A DNA stretch of 64,000 bases from Eledone cirrhosa (Eukaryota), in contig OZ024745.1 of the NCBI GenBank assembly GCA_964016885.1, forward strand, positions 95,728,001-95,792,000, given 5' to 3'. Shown here in pieces: positions 1 to 10,913 of this stretch. A model generated the notes under the pieces. It was given only the letters and a program-made list of their open reading frames with translations, was not told the origin of the DNA and did no database searches. Each line of letters opens with the position of its first letter. Position 1 is the stretch's first letter. Position numbers and translations under genes: made by a program.

Positions 1-63
1 ACTTTCTAGGGAAATGTACCTCAATCAATGTATATTATCTTTTATTCAGTATATATATATATA

Positions 64-170
64 TACACAGGGTGTCCCAAAAAATGTATACGCACTTTGA
101 TTACTTGTACAGGCATATTTATTGCTTGTACAGGCAATATTTATTAGAATGCTGTTGAAGTGTGTATACA
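64..170. mobile_element. Tc1/mariner-type MITE remnant
   Basis: TA-CAGGGTGTCCCAAAAAATGTATAC.. start, partial inverted match (GTGTGTATACA) near 160-170, in a (TA)n tract. Confidence 0.4.
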
Positions 171-453
171 TATATATATATACATACACACTCACAGATA
201 TATATCAACGTTTTTATGTCCATTTCCCCACTGTTGTATGGGTTGGATGGGAAAGAAACAATGCAGTTATTAATAAGTATTGAAATTAATGCATGCAAGA
301 TTTCACAGCTCTAGCATTACTCCTTTATAGTCAGCCTATGAACTTTTTAGCCAACCCTCATACATATATACACACACACACATACATATATACATACACA
401 CACACACACACTCATATATATATACGTATAATATTGACGCACGCATACAATTA

Positions 454-1380
454 ATGGTTGAACATCCAGATACCACTGGATGCCTATCTCTACTCGGAAG
501 GATGCTTGCAGAGACATTTTTGTGCACCACAACTCTGCCTTTCCCTACAGAGCTAAAATGGCCTATATACAAAATGAGATCTGGATATTTAACAGATGCA
601 TCTAGGGTAGCAACAGACATACAAAGACGGTGGAATTCCAAAGAGCTTTCACTGAAAACGGCTGCCCTACACCGAAATGCAAAGGCAGCAACATGTAAAA
701 GAACAAGGAGGACATCTGCCCCTAAGGACAAAATATGTTACCTAAAGCCTCTACATTTCAATGAGAAAACAATACCTGCCATCAGACAAGGCATCCGTAG
801 GGAGGGACTGAACATATGGCTGGCACATTCGGGACCCTCATTCAGGAGATTTCTCCACAGACACCAACCGACATACAGCAATATATGCACACTTCCTAAT
901 TGTTCCATCAACAACACAGACATGTATATGAGAGCATATATGGTCTATAAAATTACGTGCAAAAAATGTAGCTCCACATACTTCAAAAGTACCATAAGGA
1001 GGCTACATATATGGATCAAGGGACATGTGACAATGAAAGGCTCTTCCGTTAAAAAACATCTTGACAGATGCAGCAACCAAGACATTGAAGTCACCATAGA
1101 AGTAACTGAAAGGAATATAGGAAATTTAAAAATGAATGAGGCCATTTTCATCAGCCAAATAAAACCAGAGAAAAAATAATGGGTCAGAAATGCATGAGAC
1201 AGAATGGTTACTGTAGCGACCCCGGACATGTGCATACATTTTTCAAACACATAGTTAGGGAAGAAAACTCTGAAAATGCTGATCGCTTGTTTGTATTGTC
1301 TTGGATTGTTTCAGTTTCACATCACAAAAGAGGGTAATTGCATTCTACCAGCTTTTTAGAAAAAATTTATTGATCTTTTT
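454..1380 (+). mobile_element. Penelope-like element 3' fragment (RT thumb remnant + GIY-YIG endonuclease)
   Basis: ORF 454-1179 has VYKITCKKCSSTY..STIRRLHIWIKGH..SSVKKH..C and EAIFI..KP, a degenerate PLE GIY-YIG signature; ends in (TA)n. Confidence 0.75.
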
Positions 1381-1408
1381 ATATATATATATATATATAT
1401 ATATACCG

Positions 1409-1734
1409 TCATCATTTCATTTTACATCCGCTTTTCCCTGCTTGCAAGGGTGGGACGGGAACTGATTCTGGCTTGATTTCTACAGCTGGATGCCTTTCCT
1501 AACACCAACCTCATTTTCAGTGAGTGCTGGGTGCTTATTTTCTCCGTGGCGCCTCCACGTCCACTTTACAGTGGAATGATAGGGACCCCAGTCCCTATCA
1601 TCTCATTTCTACAGCTGAGTAAACTGGAGCAATGTGAAATAAAGTGTCTTGCTCAAGGAAACAACACATCACCCGGTCTGAGAATTGAACTCACAACCTT
1701 TCGATTGCAAGGCCAATGTTCTAACCACTAAGCC
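1409..1734 (-). mobile_element. SINE family A (tRNA-like head + CORE-like domain + RTE 5'UTR motif + RTE 3' tail), near full length
   Basis: Minus strand: TGGCTTAGTGG A-box, TTGCAAT anticodon-like loop, GAGTTCAATTC B-box, CORE-like CCTTGAGCAAGACACTT..CAGTTTACTCAGCTGTAGAAATG, 3' end nearly identical to LINE end 14131-14175. Confidence 0.85.
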
Positions 1735-1767
<33 letters not shown>

Positions 1768-1842
1768 AATATACACATATATATATTATATACATAAATA
1801 TATTATACTCATAAATGTATATATATAAACACACACACAGTA

Positions 1843-3900
1843 GCCTGGAAGTGTCACTACGAAAGGCTACTAAATGAGGAGAATAAATGGGAGAAAGATA
1901 GTCTCCCCCACATCGATCCAATAGAGGGACCAGCAGTGCTAGTTGAAGGTAGTATAATAAGTAAGGCAATCAAAGATATGAAGACGGGTAAAGCAGCTGG
2001 GCCTTCGGATATAGTTGCTGAAATGCTGAAAGCATCTGGAACGGTGGGACACACTATGGTCACCCGGATAGTAAACCAAGTCATACAGAATGGGGTCGTT
2101 CCGAAGGACTGGCGTAGCAGCATCATCATTAACTGCTACAAGGGTAAAGGAGATGCCCTAGATAGGGGTAACTATAGAGACATTAAATTAATCGACCAGG
2201 TCATGAAGGTCACTGAAAAAGTAATAGCGCAACTAATCAGAGAGCGAAATGATCTAGATGAAATGCAGTTCGGGTTTGTGTCAGATAAAAGTACCACAGA
2301 CGCTCTTTTCATTGTACGACAACTACAGGAGAAGTACCTAGCTAAAAGTAAACCCCTATACTTAGCTTTTGTTGACTTGGAGAAAGCCTTTGACAGAGTC
2401 CCCCGCTCCATTATCTGGTGGGCTCTTAGAAAACTAGGTGTTGATGAATGGCTTGTGAGAGCTATACAAGCCATGTATAAAGAAACAGTCAGCAAGGTTA
2501 GAATTAACAACGAATATAGTGAAGAGTTTAGCATAAAGGATGGTGTTCATCAGGGCTCCGTCCTTAGCCCCCTCCTATTTATTATTGCCCTTCAGGCTAT
2601 AACAGAGGAGTTCAAGACCGGCTGCCTATGGGAACTCCTATACGCAGATGATCTAACGCTCATAGCTGAATCGATGGCCGAACTAGAGAAGAAATTCCAA
2701 ATATGGAAGCATGGCCTAGAATCAAAAGGCCTTAAAATTAACCTGTCTAAGACAGGAAAATAGGGCACCAGTCCCATCTGGGAAATGGCCATGCTCAGTG
2801 TGTAGGAAAGGAGTAGGCAGAAACTCCATTTTATGTCCCAAATGCAAAGTATGGGTGCATAAAAGATGTAGTGGGATCACAGGTAAGCTAACTAAGAATA
2901 TAGATTTTATGTGGTCGGTGCTCTGGTGCAATAAGTAGCAGCAAGTGCCCACAGAATACTAGCTCATTCCATTGCACAGATGGTTCTATAGAAATAGTGG
3001 ACACCTTCCGTTACCTGGATGACAAAATCAGCAGTGGTGGAGGGTGCTCTGAAAGTACAGTAGCTAGAGTCAGAACGGGATGGAAAAAGTTCAGAGAGCT
3101 TATACCACTATTGGCCGCTAAAGAGTTCTCACTAAAAATGAAAGGCAGGCTGTATGATGCCTGCATACGAACAGCAATGTTGCATGGCAGTGAGACCTGG
3201 GTGTTGTGTGCAGAGGATATACGCAGACTGGAGAGGAACGAAGCATGCATGCTCCGCTGGATGTGTAATAGTAATATACGAACTAAGTGAGAAATTAGGA
3301 ATAAGAGGGATCAGATGTTGTTTACTCGAGAGAAGACTACGTTGGTACGGTCACGTGATGTGCATGAAAGACGACAGCTGTATAAAAAAGTGCAGGGCGA
3401 TAAAAATAGACAGTAGCCATGGAGTAGGCAGACCCAGAAAAACCTGGGACGACTTGCTAAATTCCGACCTCACACACTTACACCTCTCCAAGACAATGTC
3501 ACTGGACCGAGATCTTTGGTGATACACAGTAATACAGAAGACCCGCCTTGCCTAAGTACACCCCACTACCCCCACCCCATCCACACCACCCCTTCCAATG
3601 TAAAGTTATGTTGGTACCACAACATCCAGTCCGAAACAAATGAGGTCGTGTAGGTGTCACGACAAAAAAACACACAGTCCACGCTGTAATGTGGCCGTGT
3701 AGGTAACACGGTAAAAACCTCCCAGTCCACACTGTAAACGTGGTTGGTGTTAGGAAGGGCATCCAGCCGTAAAAAAAACGCCAGACAGTCCTATGCGAGC
3801 AAGACAACCAATCTTGCCTCAAGTGGGAAAATTCCCGTCCAAACCCATGCTAGTGTGGAAGATGGACGTTAAACGATGATGATGATGATGATGATGATGA
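1843..3900 (+). mobile_element. 5'-truncated, frameshifted RTE LINE (family B) with long 3'UTR and (GAT)n tail
   Basis: ORFs 1936-2763, 2997-3290, 3154-3522: FVDLEKAFD, GVHQGSVLSP, LYADD, RRLRWYGHV, GRPRKTW; tail 3875-3900. Confidence 0.95.
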
Positions 3901-4769
3901 CAGTCCTTCAGTAGAACTGCATATAATTATCTATAAACAACAACCTGAATAATAAACTCTGTACTGCATCAACACTGCGATCTCCCCAACTGATCTTCTG
4001 GTTCATCTAAATCCATTTCTATATTTTATGATGATGTTTTGATTCCTGAGAATTTACCTTTCTCTTGTCTATTCTCAAGATGCTAAAATCTTGTGCCACT
4101 CAAATGATTTTGAGCTATGCAGCAACAGTGGATGCAGCTGAACAATTTTTAATCAATCAGACAAATTAGAAGAAACAGAGTTATTATGTACCTTGTTTGT
4201 GTGCACACTATAATAGCAGCAATAAGATCTTAATTTATAATCATGTAATCAGAAGTTCAACACCCCAACTTCATAGAAATATACACAAAAATACCTAATT
4301 TACTAAATGGACATGGCAACTTGCCTCAAACTTCTCTTTCCCTAAATATCTATTCTTTCCTTCATTTTTTCTCAGTATATTTCTGAAATAGGGTGTAGCC
4401 CAAAACATTATGATTAACTGTTTTTCACTTCTCCAGACACTAAACTAATAACTTCAATTTGTACCAGTCTTTTTTTTTTTCTTTCTTTCTTTCACTAACC
4501 CTATCATTCATCACAGTTTTAGAAAATGGGCTTGCCTTTGATTTTAGAATAGTTAGCAGACCTTTAAGAGCACATTAGCAGGGACAGTTGTGTTTCATCT
4601 TTCATGCTACAGAATAGAGATATAAACACTGATAATGCAAGCTTTGTAATTTTAGGATGTTACTTTTCTTTCAAAATAAAGTTGTCTATTTTTGCACTTC
4701 ATAAATTTAGCCAATCAATAGAGAACATACAAACAACATACGCTCTCAGCAAACATGGTTTGACAGTAA

Positions 4770-4971
4770 CAGTTTCACAATGTCTAAACTTCCAGATGAG
4801 TTTTATCACTTAGCTAAAGAGAACACTTTAGATATTAAAAGTAAATCACAGAAACCTGATATCATGATGTATCTCCATATGTTTCTGTCGGAATGGTGTA
4901 GAACCTTTTGTCTTGACTCATCTTGAATTAATCCTCCATCAGCCAAAGAACCCAAGAATATTTGTTTATCT
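4770..4971 (-). pseudogene. Candidate SLC9C-like exon (pre-CNBD region)
   Basis: Acceptor ctacacAG; DKQIFLGSLADGGLIQDESRQKVLHH..FSLAK*; 3' boundary uncertain. Confidence 0.5.
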
Positions 4972-5271
4972 CTGTGTAGACAGACACACTTGCATACACA
5001 CACAGAACACATGTGTATGGGAGATATGTTGAGAAAATAACTGCTAGTAGATGATAAATGTTTATGGATGGATTCAGTAAGGCTTTGATAGTAGTAAGCA
5101 GAAGTTGACCATATATAGTTAATCTATACAGATATATTTATGTGTATATATATATAAAGTGTGTATATGTATGATATGTGTATGTATATGCACGCAAATA
5201 TATATATGCGTATATCATTATCATGATATGTGCATGTATGTATATGTATATATATATGTATATTATATTGG

Positions 5272-5736
5272 TTCCACAAAACATCCAGCCCACACTGCAA
5301 AGTGATCGTATAGGTGTCACGACATAAAGCACCCAGCCCACACTGTAAAGTGGATGTGTAAAAGACATGGCAAAAAGCACCCAGCCCACACTGTAAAGTG
5401 GACGTGTAAAAGACACAGCAAAAAGCACCCAGCCCACACTGTAAAGTGGACGTGTAAAAGACACGACAAAAAGCACCCAGCCCACACTGTAAAGTGGACG
5501 TGTAAAAGACACGACAAAAAGCACCCAGCCCACACTGTAAAGTGGACGTGTAAAAGACACGACAAAAAGCACCCAGCACACACTGTCAATCCAGGTGTAG
5601 AAAACCAGCCAGAAACTCTCCTATATGAGCGAGACATGGTCACCCGAGCCAACTTGCCTCAAAATGGGACAAACCCATCTAATCCATGATAGCGTGGAAG
5701 ATAGACGTTAATTGATGATGATAATGATGATGATGA
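5272..5736 (+). repeat. 48-bp minisatellite (~6.5 copies) of the RTE-5'UTR/SINE module, followed by an RTE-type 3' tail
   Basis: Unit AAAAAGCACCCAGCCCACACTGTAAAGTGGACGTGTAAAAGACACGAC repeated ~5280-5586, then ..AGCGTGGAAGATAGACGTTAATTGATGATG. Confidence 0.9.
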
Positions 5737-5792
5737 AAGTGATGTAAAGGGAGATGTGAAAGGAAAATGCAGTTACGTCAAGAAAAAAACAC

Positions 5793-5967
5793 TTATTATA
5801 TCCTTGATGATAATCCCTGATTCATTATATTTCATAATTAACAGTTGTGTATTCTGGTTGAATATCTTTTTCTACTTTCTATAAAATATCAATATAATAC
5901 AGAAGCAATATATGGTGTAAATTGTTTAATTTTATAGATTAAAATTCTTGTTTTTTTTCTCCAAATA
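5793..5967 (-). pseudogene. Candidate SLC9C-like exon (frameshifted)
   Basis: Acceptor tctttctacatccTAG, donor GTGTTT; fragments RILIYKIKQFT and TQLLIMKYNESGIII in different frames. Confidence 0.35.
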
Positions 5968-6270
5968 CTAGGATGTAGAAAGAACACAGCAATACAGAAA
6001 AAAATGCAGGCACTTATTTTCTTTTTCTTGTTATATAACTATGTTAATGAGTTCGGTGACTAAACCTAGATTAATCATCAATTAATTATTCAATATAGTG
6101 TTGCTGTACAGAAAAAAGTAAGCAAAAAAAATAAATAAATGAAAATATTCATAAATTTGCCCTCAATCCTTCATTAGTTATTAATTAAGTATTATTATCA
6201 GTTTCTGATAAGTGCTTGAAGTGAAAACACTTATTCTGTTTTTCTTGAGAAAACACTTTTCATTCTTAAC

Positions 6271-6432
6271 CTCCAGTATATTGACCAATTTGTGTACAAA
6301 TTCCGAAAAGAATTTTTTAAAAAAAGTTTTACATCCTTCATAGAATATCAAATGAAATTGGCTATAGATAAAATTCAATACAACTTTCTGAAGTTCAAAC
6401 ACAAGATGATAGGAATATATTTCAATGCTGAA
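6271..6432 (-). pseudogene. Candidate SLC9C-like exon, open 162 bp, phase 0/0
   Basis: ctcttttcattttAG acceptor, GAG|GTTAAG donor; FSIEIYSYHLVFELQKVVLNFIYSQFHLIFYEGCKTFFKKFFSEFVHKLVNILE. Confidence 0.65.
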
Positions 6433-6724
6433 CTAAAATGAAAAGAGATTAAATCCAAATTTCAAGACAAATAAAATTGCATTTTGTTTATCTCATGTGA
6501 ACTGCCAGAAAAGAGCTACTGCAGAATGCAACTGAACCAAGGGAATAGAGTTTGTAAATGAAATGAATCAACATTCTAAGAAGGTACATAACTTTCTTAA
6601 TATCAAAGAGGCTTTAAAACAATGCACATTAGAAAAAAGGGTGCTGTAGCATATTATTACACTTAAATCTATCTGCTGAAAACAAATATTTAGATATTCT
6701 GACTTGCATTATTTTGTAATTTGT

Positions 6725-6907
6725 GGTGGATTGGCAGTATCGGTAGAGGGTCGGACGCCATGCTTTGACGTATAGAGTTACGGCCCTTGCCATTCTGAGT
6801 TCAAATCCCGCCGAGGTTAACTTTGCCTTTCATCCTTACGGGGTCGATAAAATAAAGTACCAGTAATGCACTGGGTAATTGCTGGCCTTGTGCCAAAAGT
6901 AGAAACA
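6725..6907 (+). mobile_element. SINE family M (tRNA-like head, Meta-like central domain) with 17-bp TSD
   Basis: TGGCAGTATCGG A-box, GAGTTCAAATCC B-box, AACTTTGCCTTTCATCCTTACGGGGTCGATAAAATAAAGTACC core; TSD ATTATTTTGTAATTTGT 6708-6724/6908-6924; extra 3' copy 6943-6986. Confidence 0.9.
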
Positions 6908-7455
6908 ATTATTTTGTAATTTGTTCTTGTAATTTTGTAGTTTGGCCTTGTGCCTAAAGTAGAAACAATTATTTTGTAATTTGTTCAATCTTAACTAACA
7001 TCGATGTGTCAACTAAGTATTAGTCAGATGGCTGACATAGGCAGCCAAAGAAGCATTTCTACTTCAATGAGAACATAGTGTAATAAATATCTATATATCA
7101 CCAACCATCCCATGGATTGAGAGTTCTTCCAATATTGGATATACTTTACCAAATAACACTACTCTCTTTATATACATGTAATTTTTACAAAATAGTATCA
7201 CTACAGGCCAAAGATTCGTGACATGTCTCAGAAAAATCTGAAATAGGTAGCTAAAGAAACACTAAATAACAGCATTGTTAATGAAATAAATATCTATCTA
7301 TCTATCTATATACATAAAGAGTGGTGTGCTCATACACAGAGATGCTATAAAATAGCTTATAAAATAGGGTGAAGATGCTTAGAAATGGAAAAAGAAATTG
7401 CAGCATATCCACGCATGAATACATTATTCTTTATATTATCTTTATCCTCTCAGTG

Positions 7456-7642
7456 AAGGGCGGTGAATTGGCAGTATCGGTAGAGGGTTGGACGCCATGC
7501 TTTCTAGCATAGTTACGTCCCTTTACAGTCTGAGTTCAAATCCCGCCGAGGTTAACTTTGCCTTTCATCCTTACAGGGTTGATGAAATAAAGTACCAGTA
7601 ATGTACTGGGTAATTGCTGGCCTTGTGCCTAAAGTAGAAACA
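7456..7642 (+). mobile_element. SINE family M with 21-bp TSD
   Basis: Same consensus; TSD ATTATCTTTATCCTCTCAGTG 7435-7455/7643-7663. Confidence 0.92.
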
Positions 7643-7742
7643 ATTATCTTTATCCTCTCAGTGCTTCATAAAAGTCTGAGAGATCTGCATGTATATATGT
7701 ATGTGTATGTATGTGTGTGTGTGCATGTGTGTATATATATGA

Positions 7743-7910
7743 AAAAATTCAGGACCCTGACGGCTAAGCTCCAGCCGTTTCGACATCTAGATCCGAACTG
7801 GCTGTCAAAATGGCCGGAGCTCAGTTGCGAGGTCCTGAATCTTTTCATATTATGTATCATGTACTGTGGTGGGTTATGGTCCACCTGGTTTTTTACCACA
7901 CCCTATCTGG
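7743..7910 (+). mobile_element. Short fold-back element (Penelope-like terminus family)
   Basis: Imperfect inverted repeat TTCAGGACC..GGTCCTGAA, tail similar to 33870-33948, in a microsatellite. Confidence 0.55.
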
Positions 7911-7941
7911 TATATATATACACACATATATATATATATAT

Positions 7942-8291
7942 ATCATCATCATCATCATCATCACCGTTTTACGTCCGTTCTTCCACGCTAGCATGGGTTA
8001 GACGGGTTGTCCTGTTGTGGGCAGTGTCTGGTCGGCTGACCATGCCCTGCTCATACAGGAACTGATTTGGCTTGATTTCTACAGCTGGATGCACTTCCTA
8101 ACACCAACCTCATTTACAGTGTTAGGAAGTTAATTAAGCTTCCTGAGATCCCGCTACATCTCTTGTGTACCCATTGTTTGCATTTGGGGCATAGAATGGA
8201 GTTCCTACCTACACCTTTCCTACATACTGAGCAAGGCCATTTCCCTGAGGGGATCTGGGTTCTGTTTTCTCGTCTACTTACAAGGACCTTA
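7942..8291 (-). mobile_element. Internally deleted RTE family C copy (PHD-coding piece fused to 3' tail)
   Basis: 7942-8120 matches 27868-28043; 8130-8291 matches 28856-29017. Confidence 0.9.
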
Positions 8292-8299
8292 AATATAAA

Positions 8300-8337
8300 T
8301 ATGTATATATATATACATATATATATATTTATATATA

Positions 8338-8371
<34 letters not shown>

Positions 8372-8419
8372 CATATATATTTATATATATATATATGTAT
8401 GTGTGTGTGTATATATAGG

Positions 8420-8475
<56 letters not shown>

Positions 8476-8504
8476 CATATATATGTATATATATATACAT
8501 ATAC

Positions 8505-8535
<31 letters not shown>

Positions 8536-8555
8536 CATATACATATATATATATA

Positions 8556-8589
<34 letters not shown>

Positions 8590-8610
8590 AATACATATGT
8601 GTGTATGTGT
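8300..8610. repeat. Compound (TA)n/(TG)n microsatellite
   Basis: Directly visible. Confidence 0.95.
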
Positions 8611-8801
8611 TTTGGGGGGGGATATATTTCCCTTTTTTTTTTTTATTTCGAATAAAATTTCAAAACCTAAGAAAGAGTATCACAGTTAATGTTTGAACTA
8701 TGACTCATCCAACAAAATGGTTGTATCATGATTTGAACTGAAGACCCTATAGTCAGAATACAAGAGAAATAATCTCAAAGCCAGATTATTTGTGAATTAC
8801 A

Positions 8802-8988
8802 AAGGGCGGTGGATTGGCAGTATCGGTAGAGGGTTGGACGCCATGCTTTCCAGCATAGTTACGTCCCTTTACGATCTGAGTTCAAATCCCGCCGAGGTTG
8901 ACTTTGCCTTTCATCCTTACGGGGTCGATAAAATAAAGTACCAGTAATGCACTGGATAATTGCTGGCCTTGTGCCTAAAGTAGAAACA
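8802..8988 (+). mobile_element. SINE family M with 17-bp TSD
   Basis: TSD ATTATTTGTGAATTACA 8785-8801/8989-9005. Confidence 0.92.
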
Positions 8989-9109
8989 ATTATTTGTGAA
9001 TTACATACTCTGTTGTTATTTCTTCAAATTGTTTTACTTTTGTATAATACACTCATTACTCGACCTCATTTCCTCATAACATCATTTAAAACTGTTAAAT
9101 CATATATAT

Positions 9110-9425
9110 ATCTATCTATCTAAGGCGGGTAAAATTCCCGAGATCCATGGACGAGTTCTCTCCAGCGGTCTCTGTCCCTCATTATCGCTGCCATGTCCTG
9201 CATCTCCAACAGACCAGTGTCTGTCCTTAGGGCATCAACATACGTTAATCAGTATACACTGAGGATGAAAAACTCAGAGCTGTATGGGAGCATCCCAAAA
9301 GTCAGCTCAAAAGAGGAGACTGAGGTTAACTGGACATGCTCACCGACATCCAGATTTGACATTGCACTCAGTACTCCTTTGGGAGCCCCTACATGGACAC
9401 ACTAGAAGAGGAAGACCAAGGTTAA
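9110..9425 (-). mobile_element. RTE (BovB-like) 3' fragment with inverted 5' portion
   Basis: Minus 9248-9120 reads LTYVDALRTDTG..MRDRDRWRELV + (TAGA)n; plus 9250-9425 reads ELYGSIPKVS..RRRLRL.GH..LLWEP..RRGRPRL. Confidence 0.8.
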
Positions 9426-9682
9426 TATATATATATATATATATTTAGGAAACTGTAACATTACATTCAGAGAGATTGTAAATTACTGTTAGTGAAAATA
9501 TCAATCAGGTTTTTATTGGCACAGCTAATTTTAGATAATTATATGCAATAAAATTATTTATATTAAAACAGTAAATTGTATTATCAAAATTGGACTTTCA
9601 TTTCTTCTAATTTGAAGTTGCATAAAATAGAAGTTATTTACATTAATTCTGATTAACATAATGTATGTTCATTAGTATATGT

Positions 9683-9992
9683 GTTGTTATTTCTGCTTGC
9701 ATTTTGCATATATACATATATATATCTATATATATGCTTGCGTGGACCCCTCTCCAAAAATTCGTTGGATTTTCTAATTGGATACCCTAACACTGGATAC
9801 CAACACTGAATACACCTGAACTTCTACCAGGAAATCTTTCGTTGTCATTTCTGCTTGCATTTTACATATATAGATATATATATCAATGGTTGCGTGGACC
9901 CCTCTTAAAGATTCGTTGGATTTTCTAATTGGATACCCCGAAACCGGATACCAATTACTGAATACACCTGAACTTCTACCAGGAAATCTTTC
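9683..9992. repeat. Tandem duplication of a ~155-bp unit
   Basis: 9683-9840 and 9841-9992 near-identical (GTTGT.ATTTCTGCTTGC..CCAGGAAATCTTTC). Confidence 0.9.
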
Positions 9993-10129
9993 ATATCAGT
10001 GAAAATTTTCTTTTCTTTGCTTCATATATATATATTATATATACTTGTCCGCCATTGCAAAAGGCCATAAATTCAAAATTTTGAAGAGAGAGGAAAAGAG
10101 AGAAGTGATCTATGAACTTGTAACATCTC

Positions 10130-10881
10130 ACTGACCCCCCCCCCCCCCCCCCCCGTCACCACAATAACAATAACGCCTACACTCGCTCCCCACCATCACC
10201 ACATTACTCTAAGGTCGCTGTCCTGTCCCCTGTTGACATACTGCTGACTCTCTTTTGATGTATGTATGTGTATATACATATGTGTATGTGTGTGTATATG
10301 TATATCTCAGTGGATGCGACCAGATTTCAACACAGCAACAACTACAACAACAACAGCAGCAACACCAACAACAACAACAACAGCAACAACACCATCGTCT
10401 GTGTTGAATGTGTGTGTATGTATTTGTATATATGCGACAGCAATAACAGCATCAACACCATTGTCTGCAGCAACAGCAGCAGTGAAATGAAGGACAACAA
10501 CAACAGTAACAACTACAATAACTACAGCACCAACAACTGCCACCACCATCACTGACCATCCACCACCACCACCACACTGACACCATCCACCACCACCACA
10601 CTGACACCATCCACCACCGCCATTACCAGCGTAAACAAACAATTATTATTGTTATTGTTATTATATACAAGCCGAACTGGACTGGGAAAGGTCAACAGTT
10701 GACATGATAGTGATTTTGACGATTTTGACTTTGATTTTGATTTTGTATCAGTACTGTCGGTAATATATGTATATATATATATGTTTGTGAGTGGTGTGCG
10801 TGATTGTATGCATGAATGAGTGTTGGTATGTGTGGTTGTGGTTTGTATGCATGAGTATTGGTGTGTGAGTCGTGTCAATAA

Positions 10882-10910
<29 letters not shown>
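10130..10910. repeat. Low-complexity block: poly-C, (CAA/CAG)n, (CAC)n, (TG)n, poly-T
   Basis: Directly visible. Confidence 0.85.

Positions 10911-10913
<3 letters not shown>

Noticed and set aside
1180-1380. Hammerhead in the 3' end of the Penelope-like fragment
   Set aside because: Only a degenerate CTGAAAA is present; no convincing stems or GAAA-NUH
5272-5590. CRISPR-like array or repeat protein (ORFs 5124-5689)
   Set aside because: Units are contiguous with no unique spacers, eukaryotic context, and the unit derives from the SINE/LINE module
8114-8696. YI/CV/TH-rich ORFs (also 10262-10878, 23126-24046, 54806-56122)
   Set aside because: Translations of microsatellites and low-complexity DNA
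8738-8780. CTGAAGA..GAAA as a hammerhead (also 30238, 42989, 56310)
   Set aside because: No stem I/II/III pairing around the core words
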